This document shows, piece after piece, positions 57,692-64,000 of a stretch of DNA of 64,000 bases. The DNA is from Flectonema sp. DT1601. Taxonomy: Eukaryota. The notes below the pieces were generated by a model that was not told the DNA's origin, did not search any database, and saw nothing but the letters and a program-made list of their open reading frames with translations. The position numbers and the translations under genes were made by a program. The stretch spans positions 930,001 through 994,000 of the forward strand of contig OZ025788.1 of assembly GCA_964019425.1 (NCBI GenBank). The letters run 5' to 3'. Each line of letters begins with the position of its first letter. Position 1 is the first letter of the stretch.

Positions 57692-58509
57692 TTACAACGA
57701 CCATTCACCGACCCTACTCACCACCCCAGGGGGTGTGTATGAAGGGTGAGGTTGGCTAACTGGGTAGTAACCACGCGGAGAACCCAACATTGCAGCAGGC
57801 TGGTACACCGCATGAGAATTTTGCAACGGACTCATCTGTTGCGGACTCACATGCTGCGGACTTAACGCTGGGTGAGTATGAGGGCTATAAGGAGCTGCAT
57901 AGTTAGTCTGCGGACTAATATGTTGAGGATTTGATTGAATGTTATCAATCATACTTTTAATTCTCTGAGCTTCACCTGTTTTTTTAGTATTTATAGTCTC
58001 TGTAGAATTGATATTTACCTTACCAATAATAATCACAAACCATAATCTTCAATCTGTAATGCTGCTGCTTTACGAGCCTGTAATTGATGAAGCATTGAAG
58101 CACGACCATCAACTGGACTATTTGAATGGTATTGTTGTTGCTGCTGTGCAGGAAATGGAGACGGATCTTGAGGGACTAATGACTTCACTGGTGAGACTTC
58201 TGAGTTCTCAATCACATGTCTGGCACCAGCTAATGTATATGTCACTTTATTATGTGCTGCATGAGTGCATTTCTTTAACCTATGAGCGTGAACCATACAC
58301 GTTTGACTACAATAAGCTGCCCGACACTCATGACAAAACACCTCTGCCTGTCTTGGACAGTCTGATACAGAGCATTCGGCATGCTGAGCCGCCATTCCCC
58401 ATCTTCGTTCTCCGTCTTCGGGTCCATAAACTTCTATAAATGAAGATTTTGGATACATGTAGCCATCCTCCGGGTCTACACGATGTTCCTGCTCATCAAG
58501 TTGAGCCAT
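57692..58509 (-). CDS. B-box-like Zn finger + UVR (UvrB/C-type) coiled-coil protein; 2 exons (58509-58041, 57975-57692), 250 aa
   Basis: CSVSDC...FCHEC...YCSQTCMVHAH. A 65-nt intron restores LQARKAAALQIEDYGEAQRIKSMIDNI (UVR motif). S-P-rich tail. Confidence 0.7.
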
Positions 58510-58858
58510 ATTAATATTCAAATGTGCTGGTTAAGGAATGATGTGATACTGCACACAACGCACAACACACGCACACACTATTTGTTTTTACTCTTTAATC
58601 ACCTGTATAAGAACATAAAACTTATTATAATAAACAACAACCTCAATTGAAACAACTCCTACAGAGTAACTACAATATACAAAACAGAAATACGACCCGT
58701 TGATGGACAGGCTGCCGCCCAACAACCAAGGCGAAAAAGGGAGAAAATAAAAAAACAGTACAATAAATCAATGTGTGTTGGGCGATACAAAGGTTCCCAA
58801 CTGACATATCAAAAACGGTTGATCACATCACTTATTTGGAGATGGATTTTTTTTTTTT

Positions 58859-61800
58859 CTAAATTCCACCAAAAGCATCCATTGATGCCATGTCTGCGAG
58901 CATTAATCTTGCTTGATCCATTGTCATAATCCCCTCAATAATATTATGAGCAACACCTGATAAAAGTGTTGGCTCAACATCAGGAAAGGCTGATGACAGT
59001 GACTGTTCGAGAGTAGTTGCTTCATCATCTCCAGAAGGAGGTGGAATTACATCTGGAGTCGAACTAATCACACTTGCCACAGGAACAGCTGCTGGAGTCA
59101 CCTGAGTGGTAAACGAGGCTGGTGAAGGAAGAACTGTCTCAACAGGTTTCTCATTAAATTCTTCTTTAGTCCTGTTACTGATTGGTGAAGTAATTGATTG
59201 AGGTCTACTAATACTCACCTCTCTAACAGATCTTTGAACTGATGCAGAAAACGGTGATTGAAATGTCGGAGACCCCTCACGCCTGGGACTCGCAGACTGA
59301 ACTCTCCACTCTGCCATTGTAGCTCGAGTTTCAGCATGTTCCAATTGTTTTTTATATACCAATGCTTCAATCCAAGCAGGAACACTTCCAATTACTTCTA
59401 AACGAATACCTGACCCTGCCCATGTAATACCTCCATTGTCAGAGTACAAGAGTTGCTCAGTTTGACCTGACCAAACCATTCTTAACTCTACAGAAGTGGT
59501 ACCCTGTGGAGGTGGATCGATGAACCAAAAGCCTCCATCACAAGTTCCGTCTTCACGGAGGGTAATTGATCTTGGATCATCCCAGTCAGAGCATTCTGCT
59601 GTGTATGAGGCTGTTAGAAGTCGGTGAAGTTGAGAGTTTATCGTAGTCAGCTCATCTGATAATTGAGATGCTTCACACCTCGAATTAGATTCTAATAAAT
59701 TATACTGATTCTGAATACGGTTATTCTCTTCTTGACACTCTGATAGCTGTTGTGAAGTCTCCTCAAATTGTTGTTTAAAATGCAGAAGATCTTTTTCTAT
59801 GACTGGCGTCTGCATCTCTGCTGATTCTAACCTTTCAATAATGTTTTGATATTCCGCGTCAGACGGACGCTGTTGAAGTTTTATATTATGAGATTCTGTT
59901 TCCTTCAACATTACTCTTATCCGAGTAGACTCTAATAATACTTTACTATGATCTGATTCGAGAGTTACTAAACGAGATTGTAAAGATGATACTTCTCGTG
60001 TTGCATCAGTGAGGTCTGTTTGTAGTCCATTCATAACTTCTGTTTGAAGCTGTCTAGCGCTCTGATATATTTCACATTGATGGCAATTCTCTTTTCGTGG
60101 TGTTTGTGCTGCGGTTGATAGGATTTTCAACTCTTCTCTTAAAACAGAATTTTGATCTTCCAATTGTCCCAACTGTTGTCTTAGTGTGATCAGATTATTA
60201 CTCATACTGGAATTGCTTTGCTTTTCTTCTGCTAGTTTCTGCTCCACTTCAGCTGCTCTTTCTTCGGCTGCGCGAAGTTGGTGTTCGAAGTCAGTAGTTT
60301 TTTCAACGGAGGTTGTCATTTCCTCAACTGTGACCCGATGCCGTTCGTGTAGCTGCTGAATTTCCTGCTCCAAACTAACTCTTTCAGTTGTCAGTTGTTT
60401 TTGTGTACTCGTTGCCTCGGTGATTTCCTCTCTCCTGGTGGTGTTGACTTTCTGAATGCTTTCCTTTGCTTCTGTGAGAGCTGCTTGTGCGTCAGTCAGG
60501 TCAGTTTGGAGGCATTTCTGGGCATCCGTTGTTGCCCTCAAAACTGACTGCAGTTCTGATATTTGAGTATCACGTTGAGAAGTAATACTTGTGAAGTCTT
60601 TTAACTTTGTTTCCAATTCTAAAATTTGATTCTCACAACGAATGAGATCGCTTCGTAATTTTTGATTATCCACTTCATGTAGATGCATATTCTCTCTAAG
60701 CTGCTCTCCTTCAGCTGCATGCGCAGCAACAGCAGTTCGTAAGCCTTCTGCCGCCGCATGTAATTGTGTTCTGGATGAGTTAGCCTCTTCTACACTTTTA
60801 TCATACTTGTTTTTAAAGTTTAAATATTCTCCGTTTGATTGGTTCAAGTCTGCTTCAGTGCGGTGAAGAGTTTCTTCTATTTCACTTATTGAATCATTCT
60901 TCTTCATAATAATTCCCTCGAGATCTTCACAAGCGATGGAGAGTTCTAATATTTCTGACTTTAGGGAAGAGATTTCTTTGTTCGATGAGACTAAAGCCTC
61001 GGAATCTGTTGACGCGTCAGTTAGTTTTGATGTTAAGTCTTGTAGTTGTCCTTCCAGTTCTCTTGTTAAAACAGTTTTACTGTGAACTGTTGTCTCCAGG
61101 GAACCAATCGTTATTGAGTGTTGTTCAGTTTCAGATCGAAGTTTTACGATTAATTTTTTATTAGTCGATTCCTTTTCAATCAATCGCTCTATTTCACACT
61201 CTAACGTAGCCGTGTCGTTAGCTGTCTTGCTCCTAAGTTGCGCCTCTTGCTGCCACATAGATGCTTCTGCAGTCTTTGTTGTCAATTCATCAATCAATCT
61301 TTTTACTTCACTTTGTAACTTATTAATCTCATTTCCTTCTAAATCAGTTTGAGTTGAATTAGTCGCAAGTTCGGTTCTGATTTCCGCAGGTTTTTCCTCC
61401 TCGACTTGTGGTATTGGCGATGTGGATCTGTGTTGTTGTAGAATGGGTTCTTTCTCCGGAACAGCAGGCTGGGAATGTTCTAAAGAGTTTGTTAGATTAG
61501 AAATATCAACTTTATAAGATTCAATCTGGACATCCTTCTCTTCAATAATCGACTGCAGCCTTGAATCAGATTCATCACACTGTGAAAGTACAGCTGCTAA
61601 CTCTGTAGATTTTGCGTTTAGTTGCTCCTGCAATTCCTCGTTAGATTCGCAGACTTTATCAAACTCCGTCTTCTGTTGATATTGTTCCAGTTTAAACCTT
61701 TCTTCTAGGTCTTCTGTAACTCTATCTTTTAGAGAGTCAAGACTTTGAGCTGCTTCTGATCTAATCTTTTCAACTTTAGCGTCGTTGTCTGATTGCTGAC

Positions 61801-62812
61801 TTTGAAGCTGCTGAAGAAGAGTGCGATGGTCAGCTTCCTTGAGGGCAGTTTTCTGGGTTAGCTTCAGAATTATTTGTTGAGTAGAAACCCTGAGTTTCTC
61901 AACACGATCAGATGACACTCTTTGTATCTCATCTAGAATGATCTCATGTAACTTGATTTGTTCTTCTTCAATCTGTGATCTGGAAGACATTTCCGACAGG
62001 GATAACGTGTGAGTTCTAAATGTCATGTGTTGTGTAGCAACTAATCTCTGGATTTCTGTTTCTAAATTAGCCTTCTCCGACTCACGGGCTTGCCTCTCTT
62101 CAGCAAGAGCAGTATTTGCAACATGTTCCTTTTTAGTAGAATCCATTCGATATTTCTCTGCGGTTTGTTGTTTGTCTCTTGCCTCTTGAAGTTGTTTTTG
62201 AGTACTTTGAACAAGTAAAGTAGCATCCTGTAACTGCTTATGAATATCAGTAGAAATTGGGTGTCTGGCTTTAGCCAGGTCTACCCCTGCTTGATCCACA
62301 CGTGTTTGAAGATCAGAAATAGATTGCTGTTTGTTACTAATCTCACGAGCAGCTGATGCAAGTTGTAGTTTCAGTAACAAACTATCAGCTTTATGAATAG
62401 GACCAGATTTAGATAAATCAATAAGAGATTGATGAATCGCTTCTATTGTTCTCCAAGTATGTCGATGAGCAGCCAACAGAGTAGTTGCTACTGAGGGTAC
62501 ACAATTAATATTACTTCCTAATTGATCACTAGTAGTTTCATGTTTTATAGGTAAAGTCCCTTTATTCAATTGCATGAGTAGTGCAGTAGCCCTTACAGAG
62601 TCTTCAGTACTAAATCCGATCTCTGCAAGACCGTCACCCATCATCTGAATCCTCACTCCCCTTACTGGAGCGAGGAGATCTCGTAAGTCAGATTCACCCC
62701 ATCCACTGGGAAGGTGTAACTCTAAGCAGGGCCCTTCAGTATCTGGCATCGCATATCTAAGAATTGTAGCAGCCTTGAAAAAGAGATTATTATAACAAAG
62801 ACCTCCAACCAT
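58859..62812 (-). CDS. Large coiled-coil protein with a possible degenerate N-terminal RRM (start may be ATG at 62749)
   Basis: 1317-aa ORF. LHLPSGWGESDLRDLL...GLAEIGF is RRM-like. Long heptad region. Confidence 0.75.
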   Translation of the reverse strand: MVGGLCYNNLFFKAATILRYAMPDTEGPCLELHLPSGWGESDLRDLLAPVRGVRIQMMGDGLAEIGFSTEDSVRATALLMQLNKGTLPIKHETTSDQLGSNINCVPSVATTLLAAHRHTWRTIEAIHQSLIDLSKSGPIHKADSLLLKLQLASAAREISNKQQSISDLQTRVDQAGVDLAKARHPISTDIHKQLQDATLLVQSTQKQLQEARDKQQTAEKYRMDSTKKEHVANTALAEERQARESEKANLETEIQRLVATQHMTFRTHTLSLSEMSSRSQIEEEQIKLHEIILDEIQRVSSDRVEKLRVSTQQIILKLTQKTALKEADHRTLLQQLQSQQSDNDAKVEKIRSEAAQSLDSLKDRVTEDLEERFKLEQYQQKTEFDKVCESNEELQEQLNAKSTELAAVLSQCDESDSRLQSIIEEKDVQIESYKVDISNLTNSLEHSQPAVPEKEPILQQHRSTSPIPQVEEEKPAEIRTELATNSTQTDLEGNEINKLQSEVKRLIDELTTKTAEASMWQQEAQLRSKTANDTATLECEIERLIEKESTNKKLIVKLRSETEQHSITIGSLETTVHSKTVLTRELEGQLQDLTSKLTDASTDSEALVSSNKEISSLKSEILELSIACEDLEGIIMKKNDSISEIEETLHRTEADLNQSNGEYLNFKNKYDKSVEEANSSRTQLHAAAEGLRTAVAAHAAEGEQLRENMHLHEVDNQKLRSDLIRCENQILELETKLKDFTSITSQRDTQISELQSVLRATTDAQKCLQTDLTDAQAALTEAKESIQKVNTTRREEITEATSTQKQLTTERVSLEQEIQQLHERHRVTVEEMTTSVEKTTDFEHQLRAAEERAAEVEQKLAEEKQSNSSMSNNLITLRQQLGQLEDQNSVLREELKILSTAAQTPRKENCHQCEIYQSARQLQTEVMNGLQTDLTDATREVSSLQSRLVTLESDHSKVLLESTRIRVMLKETESHNIKLQQRPSDAEYQNIIERLESAEMQTPVIEKDLLHFKQQFEETSQQLSECQEENNRIQNQYNLLESNSRCEASQLSDELTTINSQLHRLLTASYTAECSDWDDPRSITLREDGTCDGGFWFIDPPPQGTTSVELRMVWSGQTEQLLYSDNGGITWAGSGIRLEVIGSVPAWIEALVYKKQLEHAETRATMAEWRVQSASPRREGSPTFQSPFSASVQRSVREVSISRPQSITSPISNRTKEEFNEKPVETVLPSPASFTTQVTPAAVPVASVISSTPDVIPPPSGDDEATTLEQSLSSAFPDVEPTLLSGVAHNIIEGIMTMDQARLMLADMASMDAFGGI

Positions 62813-63938
62813 TAAAAAAAAATAAAATACACCGAATCATGCCGCATCCATGGTAGTGTAACCTGAATTCGAAAAAAGGAAATTCTGCAAACATTCTCAG
62901 AGTACCTGAAGAGACGATAACCAGTACACTTAGCCAGGTCTGTTTCCGTTTGTAATTTCAAAAAGTTATAAATTTAAAGGGGCAGGGCTAGGGAGGTTAA
63001 CCTTAAAGAAACTTAGCATAATAACGATAAGTTTATCTAATTTAGATTATTCAAAAGCCAATCAAGAATTTTTCGGCCGTTTCCTGTTACTAGTTAGTAA
63101 ATCGAACAAGAAAGAACTCGGTAGCTAGTTGGTACACTTTCTTTTGCACTGGCAAAAAAAAGCGTTTGGAGAGCTCTCCACAGATCAAAACTTACTGAGC
63201 TTAAGGAGCACCCCTCTACTATTATTAATTTGTACAACAAAAACAACACAAGAAACACAGCGTCCCATCACCAACAAGAAAACTTGATTAGCGGTACATA
63301 TCCCAAAAGACGGAAGCTCGGAGGAAAGAAATAACACTCTCAAGAAATTAGTGAATAGAAAAAAGACGGATAAACTCCAAAAGGAGAGAAGTCCCCATTG
63401 AAAGAGTTAACACGTCGAACTAGAAAGAATATAAGTCGTGAAGAAAGAGGGGAGACACAAGATTAGTTTCATTCCGACGGAAAACAGCCAATCAACTACT
63501 CTGTTGCAGATTTTCAAGGCAAGTCGTTAGATCGAAATGGGAGCCACTCACGTTGGTCTACGAATTATTAATTATTATATACAGACACGAAATCTGATTT
63601 CACACACTGGCAGAGTAAAAACCGATAAAGAAAACCTTTGCCCAACAAGCTTGAGATGCACATGAAGGCAATAGAGAGCTGTGAATAGGATCACCTGTGG
63701 AAAAGCCAAGGCGCCCGGTTCTCTATACCAGACGCCTTTAAGTGGCACCTTTGTAATTGAAAATCGAGAGAAACAGAGTTTCCAGCTTTGTAATTTGTTG
63801 TTATCTTAACAGATAAGGTAAGTCGGCCAGATCATCGTCCCAACAGGTAGACTGTAGTTTTTTGGCAAGTGGGGCGAAAGGAAACGTAGCCTTCTATGAC
63901 GATCAAGAGATAAACTAAAAAAGTCGGGGCCCGGCAGA

Positions 63939-64000
63939 TCCCCCTTGGCGCAGTCGGTAGCGCGTCAGGCTGTTAACCTGCAGGTCGTTGGTTCGAACCC
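63939..64000 (+). tRNA. tRNA-Asn (GTT), truncated by the window end
   Basis: Acceptor 5' strand TCCCCCT, D-arm GCGC-AGTCGGTA-GCGC, anticodon arm CAGG-CTGTTAA-CCTG, T-arm GTTGG-TTCGAAC-CC. Confidence 0.92.

Noticed and set aside
393..58439. Numerous plus-strand ORFs of 60-160 aa in the ORF track
   Set aside because: They are antisense shadows of minus-strand genes or translations of A/T homopolymer runs, and show no recognisable motifs.
770..62812. Alternative genetic code or stop-codon readthrough as the explanation for split ORFs
   Set aside because: TAA, TAG and TGA all end genes here. Every break except the one near 28089 is explained by a GT-AG intron.
63780..63860. ACTTACCT on the minus strand upstream of the tRNA, suggesting a divergent U1 snRNA gene
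   Set aside because: I could not see a U1-70K loop, a matching stem or an Sm site. An Infernal search would be needed to settle it.
62900..63900. Possible gene or transposon remnant upstream of the cluster
   Set aside because: No ORF of 60 aa or more and no motif I could recognise in any frame.

Overview
This is AT-rich eukaryotic nuclear DNA, most likely from a euglenozoan protist. A diplonemid-like organism is my inference, not a database result. All ~22 credible protein genes lie head-to-tail on the minus strand as one directional, polycistron-like cluster. The only credible intact plus-strand gene is a tRNA-Asn(GTT) at the right edge. I could reconstruct 14 GT-AG introns by hand, and they join many apparently separate ORFs into single genes. 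Thirteen are 62-83 nt; one is 537 nt and carries a decayed LINE endonuclease. These introns have an unusual polarity: a U-rich 5' half and an A-rich 3' half ending in ACAG, with no polypyrimidine tract and often with complementary ends. The AG sites just upstream of start codons do have pyrimidine tracts, as trans-splice acceptors would. Notable proteins: a PX/BAR protein with an inserted CAP-Gly domain; an LSD1-like SWIRM/amine oxidase lacking the catalytic Lys; a PhyH-like protein lacking its Fe-binding His residues; a stand-alone dynein AAA6-like protein; an RIIa/Dpy-30 + 5'-nucleotidase fusion; three tandem Cys-rich surface proteins; and a GC-rich secreted F-type-lectin/WSC gene with a +1 frameshift. 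All family calls come from motifs recognised by eye; no searches were run.
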